Source: Auanema rhodensis | Taxonomy: Eukaryota; Animalia; Nematoda | Assembly: GCA_964057225.1 (NCBI GenBank) | Contig: OZ059894.1 | Coordinates: 13,578,001-13,642,000 of the forward strand | Length of the DNA: 64,000 nucleotides | Direction: 5' to 3' | Shown here: piece after piece, positions 28,078-41,002 of the stretch | Position numbering within the stretch: the first letter of the stretch is position 1 | Layout: every line of letters starts with the position of its first letter | The notes under the pieces: model-generated | Seen by the model: only the letters and a program-made list of their open reading frames with translations | What the model was told of the DNA's origin: nothing | The model's database searches: none | Made by a program: the position numbers and the translations under genes

Positions 28078-29041
28078 AGAACAGTCGCCATCATCTAAAA
28101 ACAGCAGCACCTCCCCAAATTACTATTATGACTATCCCCAATCTTATACCTCTTTCTCCCCTTCTACCGATCTGTACGTTCTATTTTTATCTAAATGTAT
28201 GATCTTATGATAATATTCTTTTCAGAAATAATTCCGACTTCGGTTTCGTTGAACTTACTCACCACAATATCGATGATTTCGCCCAAGATGTTAATGTGTC
28301 CTATAACGCTTTTCCTTGTCAGCAACGTAATAATTGTTTTTATTTCCTTTCTTTATTACTATCTGAATTTCCAGCTTCTGAATTATCCACCTTAAGTTCT
28401 GAGGCTGCTACTTTCCTTGATGATCTTATTTCCTCCGTTCGTGACGAAATCCAACAAGAAGAACAGGTATCAGGCTTTCTACTATATTCACAAAAACTTA
28501 TCTGTACTTATTAGGTTTCTCTTTCTTCTATGTCTCCATCATCCTCCACCTGTTCTGGTAAATCCGAACCTTTGATATTAACCCCTGAGCACCCTGTTAC
28601 TATCATTGGGGAAGATGGGCATGAGTACAAAGTTGTTCTGCAACCTGTCATGAAATCTTCTGCTAAGAGGAAATCAAGTTCTTCTATGCAAGTAAGTTTT
28701 AGATAGATATTGAAATCGCTAATCTCTTTATCTAGAGCCCTCCACCCAAGCGTGCTCCGGGAGTTTGCCTCTCTTATTTTACTGACGAGGAAATAGCTGA
28801 ACGGAAAAAGGAGCAAAATCGTGTTGCTGCTCGACGATACCGTGATAAAATACGTGATACTCGAGATTCAGAAAAGGACGTAAGTCTTTATAAAGATAAG
28901 AACTAATTCATCATGACATCATTCTTTTTTTAGGAGAAAGTTCGACTTGTCTCTCGAAATGCCTATCTGAGAGAAGAAGCAACTCGCATCGAAAAGGAGA
29001 TTGCAACATTAAAATCATTAATCTTCAATTTTGTTCATTGA
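27981..29041 (+). CDS. zip-3: bZIP transcription factor of the ATF4/ATF5-related nematode ZIP-3 type (~250 aa from ATG 27981; start uncertain)
   Basis: MSYPNSVLSTEEQSPSS...TPEHPVTIIGEDGHEYKVVLQP...SPPPKRAPGVCLSYFTDEEIAERKKEQNRVAARRYRDKIRD...RNAYLREEATRIEKEIATLKSLIF. The basic region is NxxAAxRYR and the zipper resembles C. elegans ZIP-3 as recalled. Stop TGA 29039-29041. Confidence 0.75.
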
Positions 29042-32000
29042 GTTCTTTTCAATTAATTCTATGTAAATTTGATTGATATTTTATACTTGTTTACTGTAAT
29101 AATCTATAGTTAAGCATAAGATGCCCTTTGTTCACTGTTATACCCAATTCTGCTGCTGCTGTTTCATGTTTCATGTAATATCATTATTATTATTACTATT
29201 ATCATTTCACAAATAATAAAAATCTTTGTAGAAATATATAATGTTTCAATGCTGGTCAAGAAATGAATAAGAAAACACATTTTGCAAAAAGATCATTAGA
29301 AGTTTAAAGGTGGCTCACAAATATAATTAGATGGAACGTGTTGAACCATTTTTAATTTAGTTTCCTTTTCCTTTTAGGGATCAAGATCATATTGCTAATA
29401 TATTTCTTCTGAAGATACACATCTTGCTTGTAACTACTTCTTGATCAAATATCCCTAATCCTACATGAAGATAACAAAAAATATGTTATCATATATAATA
29501 TGTGAGTAGTATTATAGAAATATTTCACATTACAGCTGTTACATTTAATTTCTGAATTTTGTTTAATAATAGCTAAATGAGTATTTTAATTATTTATACA
29601 TTTATTTGTATAAAAAATGAGATAAATGCTGCTGAAAAATGGTAATCTTTTTCGGTTTTAATTTGCCTACTAATTACATTCTTTGCTGACCCCATATGTG
29701 CCCCTGGCTCTCGTTTAATACAAATTTCTCTTCTAGCTTTATCCTCATGTGCCTTTCCTTTCAAGACAAAAACGAATAAAATAAAGAAACATTTTGCATG
29801 AAGTTGTCATTCAAATTTTTTTTATTTTTTGACAGAATTGCTTACGAGTTTTTTCAGTTTTAATAAATATTGTTCGTCTTCTTCTTATTTTTCATATTTT
29901 TCATTCTATAAGAATACAATTTCAAGTAATTAAGTGAAAGTCTTAGATAGAGTTTCATATTTTTTACAAAATATAATCTTTGAATAATAGGTTTCAAATA
30001 TAATAATTTCAACAATCACATTCCTTTTGAGGAAAGCAAAATATCTAATTTCCCATGGCCGCAAACTGTCTATGAAAGTATTCGGGAAGATTCTCTGAAA
30101 ACCTATCATAAGATATTGCTTATTCCAAATTTCAGTATAATAACGTTTGAAGTTTCTATATTTTATTTCTGTAAATCCCATTATCATTCTAAATAATTTT
30201 TGAGTTCAAAATTTAATAGTGAATATAGGTATGAATAATATTATTATAATCTTGATAAATCATATAAAATATTTATATGATAACTTAACATATAATATAA
30301 CATTAACTATATACTTTCAATCATTTGCATTCTTTTAACGTTAAATTTTCTAATATATTACATACATAGATGAATAAAGAGATATAGAGAATACTTTTTT
30401 ATACATATGAGCATGAGAAGAGAGAGGTATCTTTCTAGAATACTTGAATATCTGCATATTAAACTTATTTTTAAAATTTTATTCAATTGATTTCATTATT
30501 CAATGACTAGAATCAGTAAGAAAATGGAAGATTCTACTGAATATTTCTTTGATCTAAAACTACTTCTCGGTTCAGAAAAGATATATAAATGAAGAAAATC
30601 CGCCTACATAGATATGTATTAAGCCTTCTTAATTGCCTTTATTTAACCTTTTGCAATATTTATTTTAATCTTAAAATCATCATTAAATGTTTTTATTTGA
30701 AACTTTGAAAATTGAAAATTAAATGTAAAAAATGAGCGTAGGAAATGTTTCTTCAAACACGCTCCTCCCATTTTTTAAAAAATAATAATCTTTCAATTCT
30801 TAATTGCATTGATTCGTTTTTTTTGTGTAAAGTTGCAAAGTTTTAATGAGGTTGCTATGCCTCTATAACATTTTTATAATTTTTGATCATCATCAACATC
30901 ATCATCATTGATATTCAAAAGGATAATAGATATAATGATAGATCAATCCCAACTTTTCTGTTTAAAACCAAATAATAATGATAAAACATTGAAAAATTAC
31001 ATGGGAGTGTACTTGAAAGTCTGTATAGTATAGAATATTTGTAATGATACTTATAAAGATTTTTCGTATGAAAGTATATTGCCCCTAGCTATTTATACTT
31101 CTTCGTCTATCTTACAATGGCCAATTTTAAATCCCAGATTTATATAGATCGAGATATTCTATTCTAGTTTACGTATTATTTTATTTTACTTGAAAATTAT
31201 TTAGGATTGAAGAAATTATAGTTAGTTAAACTATTCATTTTAATTTGTTAATTTACATCACAATCAAACTCTTTGTTTTCTTTTTTTTAAAGTAACTATA
31301 AAAAAATTAAAACGTTTTTCACAAAGTTCATTCATTTCGAAATTGCTTCCAAAAAATATGTAAAATTTGAGAGTAAAGTAATAAAAGTTGAATGAACAGA
31401 TAGACAGAGATAGTAACATCCTTATTTAATTATTTTCCCCTTTTTGAATCAAATCATTTAGAATAAATTGTTCCTTATTTTGAAAAAAAAATCAACAAAG
31501 TTTGAACTATTTTGGTTAATTCTTCTTTGATTACTTACAAATGTCTCCCTTGATAACATTCAATTTGAACAGAAAATTACCCTCATTCTTGTTTGTTGAT
31601 TTAAAGAACGACATGTCCAAAAGCTTTGGAACAAAGATATCTTGCAGCTTTTATTGAGTTGTTCTACATGATAGAACAGTAAATGTCGTCAATATTGTGT
31701 AAGAATTATAATACTTGAGAGTAGGCTTGTAACATTATTTCAAAGACGTTTTCCATAATCAGATTTCTTTCTCCAAATTCCTTTATTGAATGAGATAATA
31801 GGCATGTTTGAGATAATACTATATTCATCTTCAAAATGCTGACACGAAGATTTGAGATCCTTTCAACTAACTGAAAGCCCGACCAAATTTTGAAGATCCA
31901 ATATGAGATACTGGGTTTGAGAATGAGGAAGGCGTGAAGATTTGATGACGTCAATTCATACACATTGAATACGTACGTATGGATAACGACGTCTTCAATT

Positions 32001-35000
32001 ATTTGCATTTCTTTAACTCATCGTCAAATGTAATTTTGCAAGAACATCATAGGATCCTCTGATTTTACAGTAGGCATAAAGTAATGAAGAGATGGGGGAT
32101 GAGTTAAACAGGAGCAACAAAAGAGAAGGACAGATCAAGAAAAAATAAATGGAAATTTAGAGAGAAATAAAGAGAGAGAGGGGGAGATAGAGGTAGATAG
32201 AGGGAGAGCTAGGGAGAGAGAGAGAGAGAATCGGTTAGACAGAAAGATATAGACAGAGAAATGTCTACATGAATATTAAAAATAACATAAAGATTCTAAG
32301 AAGTCAAATATATATATAAACAGAAAAAAGGTAAAATATGTATTATGTCCTTTAAAAGTTTTGTTCTTTTTGATTTAACTTATGTAATATATAATACATT
32401 ATAAAATAAATCAAATTCATCATATACATGTAGTTTTAGACAAAAACTGGTCAGTTTATTCTGAAAAATGTTTTTCAAATACTGTTCAAGTTTAATAAAG
32501 TTTCTCAACAACTTTTTTATATACATACATTAATCATGATCAATTTAATGTGTCAGGTTAAATATGCATTTATGAATCAAACAAGGTGGAAAAATTGAGA
32601 TTTGAAGGTTTTTCTTTAAATAATTTTTTTCTGAAATTTCTTTGTCATTTACATGATTTGATTTTTTTTGTTTCCTTTCATTATTATTCAAATTGAGTAT
32701 GTATATAGGTAATGTAGTAATACTTCACTATAATCATTCAACTACAAAGTATGCCCTCCGGTAAAAGAAATATAAAGTTTTGATTGGATTAAAGTTTAAA
32801 CCTTCTTAAAACTTGGTAAAGTTTTCGAATTAATTACCATTTTTCCAGTTTATCGAAATTCATCTAAACATATAGCTAAATATTTTTATTATTTTTGTTG
32901 TTCCTTATTCATTACATATATAACGTCAATTTATTTATTATTTATATTACTGAAAATTTAAATGTCATTCTTTATTATGAATATTCTATTTCAATTACAT
33001 ATTATAAAATAGAAAAATTAGAAAAAACGTAATGATCTTGGTTTTGATTTTGAAAAAAAAAAAGTTTATTCGTCTCTCCATGATTGAACAGTTTTAGTAT
33101 AACATATCTGGAAAATGAAACAAACACAGTTTAAACAAGAGATAGAGAGAAAAAGCTTCAAAATATAATTTAGACAACAGCATGTGTTACAAATTGAACT
33201 TAAAGTTAACAAAGTTGATCAGCGTTCGTACTTCTTCATATTAGCCAATGTTACATCTGCTTGTGAAGCTTCTATTTATGCTCTAAACTTTACGAACATG
33301 ACGTTTTCAATGACAGATTCAAGTGATTTAAATGCCTTTTTCAATTATGTTCGAATGAGTTGCTAAAAAAAAAGATGATTTCAGCTGACCCATAGTTTGA
33401 ATGTATTTGAATCTAAGTTTCATCTCATTTATATCGTTCGCGTCATTAGTGCTATGGAGTAACTATTTACTTCAATTCTTCTAATGACTGACGTGGATGC
33501 ATATGTACATGTCTGCAGCATTTCATGAATCTCCCAACGAATATATTCTATTTCAATTGAAATTTAAATATTTTTCTCCAAGTTCTTTCTCGTTCTCTTG
33601 CAGTGCTTAAGATCTTGGCACATTGCCTGTGGCATATATGAATGTACATAGCATATGCTTTATAGAATTAATGTCCATTCAATGTTTTTCCTTTTCACCT
33701 ATTTCAAATAATAACAAATGTTAACAGAATTTAAAGTTTCAAACATAAAACCTGTCAGAATAAGCTCATGCGTGAATGAGAGGGGTGGGGTGTAACAGAC
33801 TGAAAAAAGCTAACGACGGTCATCGTTGGAATTACATATTTCAGATATACCAGCAATGCAATAAAAAATAATTAAAATTTATTTTCCTTTTTAAATGCAA
33901 AGAAATGTTCAAACTTGAACTAAATCTTCAGCTTTTCCTTCAAACTCTTCTGTAGTATTCATTTGAAAAATAAATGTTTTCAAGATATATCTTTAGACCC
34001 ATCCCCCCAATCCCTCTTCCCCCTCATTCTTTCTCTCTCTCTTTGTGTCTCTCTGTCTCTTTCTCTCTATCTCTTGCACCCTCTATAAAACTGAAGATGT
34101 TTTTTTTGGTTCGAGACCAAATACGACATATTATAAGGATTGCTCTGCTATTTCATACTAGCTCGCCCTCAATTCAACATCCATCCTAAAACCATCCATC
34201 AAATCTCGAGACCACCTATTTCCTCATTTTTCAGTTGTATTATCCATTTTCTAAGAAGCTTATACATAGCAATAAAAATTTTTTCCAAATAAAACATCAA
34301 AAGTAACAGAAAAAACATTTCTTTTGACATTTTTTTTCATTCGTAGAAACTTATTTTTCGTTTGCAAGTATACCTGGCAACATGCGAATATTTCTTATTA
34401 TGAATCTAAATAACTTGATAATTTAGGCAATTTTGCTTTTCCTTTCAACAAAAATATATAGTTTTTCTATAAAATAAAAATTTTTTTGCTTACTGTTCTA
34501 CAAATCATTCATGAAAGCCTATTACTTCATATTTAAGAAAAAAGATTTCAAAGTACCATATTCATTGAAGATATAGAAGGTCTTCATACACATATACATA
34601 TGTATATAGTATATAGGTAACTTATAACAAATAGTTAAATAAACGACTTTATAACAAAGCTATAAAAAGAATTTTCAAAATATGGAGAACATGATGCAAA
34701 CCCTTCTATTCCTTATTTTTTTATTTATTTTCTTTAAAATTTTAAATATATATATTTCAAACAATCCACTTAATTTTCTTTTTTTTTTTGAAGAAAAAAA
34801 GTTTCTTGATGGCTCTGAGGAGGAATAGATTACATTTTTCTAGAAAATTGCTACATATCCATTTATTCTTAGAAAAAAAAAGAATTGTTTTCCGGTATGT
34901 GATTGAAAGCCATTTGTCTACAAGTTGTCACTGTGGCAATGAACTCTTGTTTGAGTTTGTTGTATCTGGTTGTCTTTTATAACATCTACATATGTATATA

Positions 35001-35529
35001 TCTATGTATATGTAGGAATATAATACAAATATAAAAAAAATCAAATAATTTCATCAAAAATGACATAAATATCCATAAATCTTTCTTTTAACATCTTTAT
35101 ATATTAATATATTATATGTTTATATGTCTTTATATACTTCTTTTCTTCTTTCTATTCCCCCATATTCTAACTTATCTTCTCATTTAATATTTGTACTGAT
35201 AATTTGAAAAAATGTTTTAAGTTCATTACTTGTTGCGTGGGTGAAATTAATTTTTTAGAAAGTTTGATTAGAAACTTCTAAATGATTTATATAGAGAAGA
35301 TGAAGATAGACGATAGGTATATATCTATGTTATATCATTAAACACAATCATCGTATCTCCTTATTTTTCTAAAAAAAGGGCGTTGAAATGGATGTGAAAT
35401 TACTAATTTCAATGTCTCAATCTCATTTTTTCTTCTTCACGTATGACATATGAACAGCTAATTTTGAAAATGAGGTGAAAGAAAGAGATGACAGGAACAT
35501 CGTTGAGTAAAAGTTACGGAAATGAATAG

Positions 35530-35690
35530 AAGATAGATAGAGAGAAATAGAGAGCGAGAGAGAAAGAGAGAGACATAGGGGGAGAAAGAAAGAGGGAGAG
35601 AGAGAGAGGGAGCAACGAGAGGGAGGAGTAGTCATATAGATAGCTAAATAAAGAGAGGGAGGGAGAGAAAAAAAAGAAGGTACAGGGATA
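35530..35690. repeat. Degenerate purine-rich (AG/GGA) tract
   Basis: Directly visible; a similar tract lies at 32160-32230. Confidence 0.8.
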
Positions 35691-37058
35691 AGGAGAGATT
35701 CAAGCTTAAAGAATTCTACCGACCGCCCTTGTCTCCGCCCCAATGTGAGACCTTCTAGCGTATAAATTAACATATTTTGTAGAATATATTTTGCTTCTCA
35801 ACGTCATGAGAATCAGTTTTCAACTAGCAGATTAAACTGAAAATGAAGAAAAAAAAAGAAATTTTTATTTATTATTTATAAATGAATAAAAATAATTTTC
35901 TCATTTTTCTTTTTTTTTTTTATTATAAAACATCAAAAATTATGTCATTTTGAAATAAGACTTGTCGCATTTATCGTCAATTTCTTCAATCTCGTTGAGA
36001 AGAAGATGACAATTTCCTGATTCTGTTAGTTCTTTTCCTTGTCAAGTTCAAACTGACAAATCCATCTATCTACTTCTTTAACGTTACTTCAATCAGAAAT
36101 CAATCAATCATAGAATAATACAAGATTTTAGGAAGTAAAACAAATCTTTTTTTTTCCTTGTTCTTCTTTTTTTTCTTGCTTTTGTCAATAAAAAGTTTTA
36201 TACTTTTTAGGAAAATAAATGGATCTATAAATAGATAAATTGTCTAGAGAGTACTAAAATGATTTTACTTTAAATAGACTGATCGTATATGCGTATGTAT
36301 GTATTCTGAACAATTCAATTTTACTCTACTACTCTTCACACCCACACAATATATTTCCTAAAATTTTATTTTATTGATTTTAAAAATCATTGACTTTTGA
36401 TATTTAAATTAAAAATCGGAAAGACACTCTCCCTCTATCTTTTTCTCTTTTTTTCTCCCCTCTTCTATCTCTCTCTCTCCCTCTTAAGAATCCTGAGCAA
36501 TTGCGTGTGAAACACAATTTATAGATCTTCAGTTCAAGTACCATATACTATAATATCTCGAAGAAAAAAAAATTTATCCGTGAAATTTTGTAATTTATCT
36601 TCATTTCTTGACAAGTTTAATATCAACATGAATTACAATCAAATACTAACAATTTGTATTCTTTTTCTGTTTCTCTGTAATTATCTTCATGATTTGATTC
36701 ATTTTTTGTATCTACTATCGTAGTTCAAAATGTTTTTTTATCCTCAAAAATTCTATTTGGATTTCACTGTAGATAATACTTATCCATGCTTCACTAATGG
36801 AAAGAACATCAGAGTATCAATAAAAGTAGAGTTACCTTCTTTTCTTGAGCTAGACAAAAAGAAATTAAAGAAAAGGAATCATTTTTCATTCATTTTATCT
36901 TGTTTTCCTTTTTATTTTCGTTTCCTTTTGAAATGTTTATCTTAGTTTTTTTCTTATTTACTCTAGTATATATATATATATCTGATATATTCATATAAAA
37001 ATTATAACTATTAATACATATTTTAAGGTATTCTGAAACGCTTGTACCATCAGTCAAA

Positions 37059-37816
37059 ATGAGCTCTATTACACGTTACGTTCTGTTATGTGCTCTTCTT
37101 CCCTTAATTGGTGAGTTTTTTTCTTTTTTCTATTCCAATTTATTTCTTTTCAATTAAAACAACTTGTTATATTCATCTCAACTATTATTACCTTCATCTT
37201 TCTTTGTTGTTTAATTAGATTGAATTAACAAATTTTCTTTAGCTATGTCTGCTCCGGCAACAGATCTAGCATCTCAAAATGGTCAAATAGTCTCCTGTTC
37301 CATAGAAGAACACATCCAGATTCCTTGCCAATGTTGTAAGAAAGATTGTTGGTATTCAGTTGCAGCTGTAAGTTGTTATTTCTCATCAAAATAAAAGAAA
37401 AAAATTCAAAAGTTTTATTTGAAAAAGGCATTCAAAATTGTCGAAGCAGTGTGAATATCTTCACAGATAAATGTAACATCAATGAAAGTATTTATAGAAA
37501 AATAAAGAAGCTCACTGCTGAAATTCTAAAAGTTCATTGAACTGTGAACAGAAATATTATAAAATACTTTAATTTAACTTTATCTTATTTTTTTTCAAAA
37601 ATCCAACTTTTTTGATAATAAAAATAATATTTATACATATAATATTATGTCCTTTTGTTTATTTTTCTTGTCATTCAGGCTGCTACCCACGAACTTGGCC
37701 ATATGCCGGGAGAAGCTGGAGAACAAGAAGCTATGGCCACTCTTCGCCTCATAAGAGCTTGCATGATTTCTGAATGTTCTGCCGTTTGTGCTTCTATTCA
37801 TCGTCGTCCCTTCTAG
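37059..37816 (+). CDS. Small secreted 8-cysteine protein (104 aa) with HELGH motif
   Basis: Exons 37059-37110, 37243-37367 and 37679-37816 are phase-consistent: MSSITRYVLLCALLPLIAMSAPATDLASQNGQIVSCSIEEHIQIPCQCCKKDCWYSVAAAATHELGHMPGEAGEQEAMATLRLIRACMISECSAVCASIHRRPF*. Confidence 0.85.
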
Positions 37817-40075
37817 GCCTCTTCTAACTAACATCTGATTATCGGGCTATCGTTGTCGTTGTCGCAAAGTCGCCGTCGTCATCTTTTTTTTTTTGAAAAA
37901 ATGACGTCAGATGATTATCTTATTTGAAACAAACTATATAATATACTGACTGGCGTAACTCATCTTTTCTGTTCTTTCACCCCCCCCCCCCTCACTCTCT
38001 CTCTCTCTAGTTATTCTTTTACTGTACCCATCGAAAAATCCATCCAATTTTCCAAATATTCGGCAGAATAACGTTATTATAAGTTTATTCAAAGAATATT
38101 TCATTTTCAAATTATTTTATATTAATCTGATAAGACAGAATAAGATGAGTAACGTTTATTTTAATAATTCATTTATATAAAGCCATTTATATTCCAATTT
38201 TTAAAATCGAAATAGTAGATGATGTATAAGACATTCGTTCAGTTAAAACAAATCTAAATAACTGATTGTTATTTTCAATAATTAAGTTTTCCTTTTCAAT
38301 AACTCGTTTTCACATTTTTTTTCACATTGTAGAAGATTGATTATGAGGGGATAAATCGGCTTAACTTGTTAGTACATTAACTATATTCATAACAGTATAT
38401 TTTAATTTTCTTTAAAATTATTTTCAAAAATTAACAAAATGTTTAGTTGAACAAAATATAAATTACAACATTAAATTTAAAAAAAATTACAATTTACTAA
38501 AAAAAAAAAGAAAATGTATATGAAAATGTATATTATACTATTGAATTGGGAATTGATTTATTAAGCTTTATATTATATTACAGAATATGAATAACAATAA
38601 TAGATAGACAACATTAGTGAGAATCAAAATAATAAATAAGAACAAACAAATTTCATATTTCTCATTTCATTTTAAAAAAAATTAAAAATGAAAATATAGA
38701 GAAATGATTATGTATTATAGATTTTCAGGTACAAATCTTTGTTTTGTTCCTTTACGAATTAACTTTTTATATCTTATAATCTTCTTTTGTGGATAATAAA
38801 ACTCAGAAATACATTAGTAAGCAAAAAAGGAAAAAGGGGAATATCATATCGTTTGTCATCTGAATACGATGATCCAATTGAAGTCTCCTTCAAGCATATA
38901 GAAGGAACTCTTATACCTTTCATAAGCCCTATGTATACATGTCTTTCACAAGCTAACACAGGCAAACATCTCATATAGCGTAGGAATTGCAAAGCAGGTC
39001 ATGCTCTGCTATCTCATAACATCATGCTCAAGATTTGCTCTTCAACTTATTATTCATTTTTATTTTCGGAATTTCCTTTTTTGACATGATAATTGAGATT
39101 TAAATATCTATAAACATTGGCAGAAACTTGTCCTTATTAATAAAAAAGATGTTATTAATGAAAACTAAAGTATTTAAAAGACATACAAAAGATTTAAAAT
39201 ATGCTTTGAGCTTCGATTCCCTGTTTTTTTTTCAAAATACTTATGCTTGTAAGATAATGTTCTAATACGGAACTCTTATAGTTAAGATGTTCTTTAACTA
39301 TACAATAGATAATTGTTTTTCAATTTGTAATATAAAGATTTTTTTAAGCCAAAACTATTGAAAGCCATTAGAAAAATACAAATCTCTATTGACCAGAGAA
39401 GATTGAATTGCTACGAAATTTTCAAAAATCTGAATAAATATAAATGAAAAAGAAAAAAAAGGTTTATAGATATTTTATAATTATATCTGTATTTCTATAT
39501 CTTCATATTAACTAGTATACATGTAAAATCAGATTCCAACTTACTGAGGTCGTAGAACAAATAGAAATTTTACAAGTTTTCAACTTGAGAAAAATTGTTT
39601 CAAAAGAACTAATGTTAATACAAACCTTATAACTTCGGAAAATAATTCAGTGTTTGCTAATGTTTAACAGAGAGCGAGGACTCACCTTTCATTGGCTTTC
39701 GTTATATTTACCAAATCGATGATGAACAGTCGTTCTCAGTCTAGTTCAGCTTCTGGATTTTCCACTGCCAATGTTGTCACGCACTATCTACTCTACAAAG
39801 CATACTATTGTGTAAAATTTAATAAAATATTTTACAATATTAAAAATAATTATATTTCTATAACTATAATAATTGATTAAATATCCTTATATCCAATAAA
39901 ATATATGTATTATATGTTTTTTTTTCAATATTTCAAATAAAAATTGTTTGTTCATATTGAAATATGATGAATCGATTTTAATTCTTTCTATTCATTATTC
40001 TATATCAAATCCCTCAAAATCGTCATGCTTTAGTCATTCTTTCGTTTAAATTTGTTTTTATTTTTAGACAAAACG

Positions 40076-40967
40076 ATGGCCAAAATATCTCCTGGACCTC
40101 CAGCTACACCTGTAACTCGACCTCTTCATCTCGATACATCTCACTTAACTGATGATAACTTTCTATCAGCTCCCGCAATGTTTATGGTAAGAACTTTATT
40201 ATTTTATCTTTAATTATATAGAATCAATATAATAATTAACTATTCATATATCTTTATATATATATAACTAATACAATAAATCTATATATATATATATATA
40301 TGTATCTATGTGCATATAACCTACAACATAATATTCATATTCATTAACCATTTAACTTATATTCAACCATAAAAAACTATTTTAACTATTATAAACTTCT
40401 ATTAAATAATTTCAAAGGTTTATGAATAATCCCATTTCTCTTCTGTTATATTTACTTAGATGATTCATGAAGCTCGCATGCATACGCTCTATTTCTTATC
40501 ATTTCTTGATCAATATCATACTTTTACCATTTTTGGTGTTCAATATGTATTCTAATTGTCTTTCCATTGAAGAAAATGCTTTACCAGTAAGTTTATAAGA
40601 AATTTTAATATTATTATAATTTTAATTATATTATTATAATATTTATATATATATATATATAAATAATCTTTAACCTTTTAAGGAACATTCTCCTGGTCTT
40701 AGTACCAAAATTAAAATTCCAAAACGACACTACTCACGTGAAGATCCATTAGAGCGTATGGCTACACCAATGTTTGATAAGGTTTTCATATTTTAAACAA
40801 CTTCATTTCAAATTTTGAAAAACTAATAGGAAGAAATTCGTCAACGTAAGAAGGGACCATCATCAGCTGCCACAGTATTAGCTATGTCCGGCTTATTTGT
40901 AGTTGGTGTAACATTAATGACCAGTGGAATCATTGTATTAATCTTAGTAAGTTTATATTTTACAAAT

Positions 40968-41002
<35 letters not shown>

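Noticed and set aside
1095-37909. Three perfect CRE palindromes TGACGTCA (1095, 31946, 37902)
   Set aside because: Isolated 8-mers that cannot be tied to a promoter from sequence alone; they are distinct from the phased ACGT family.
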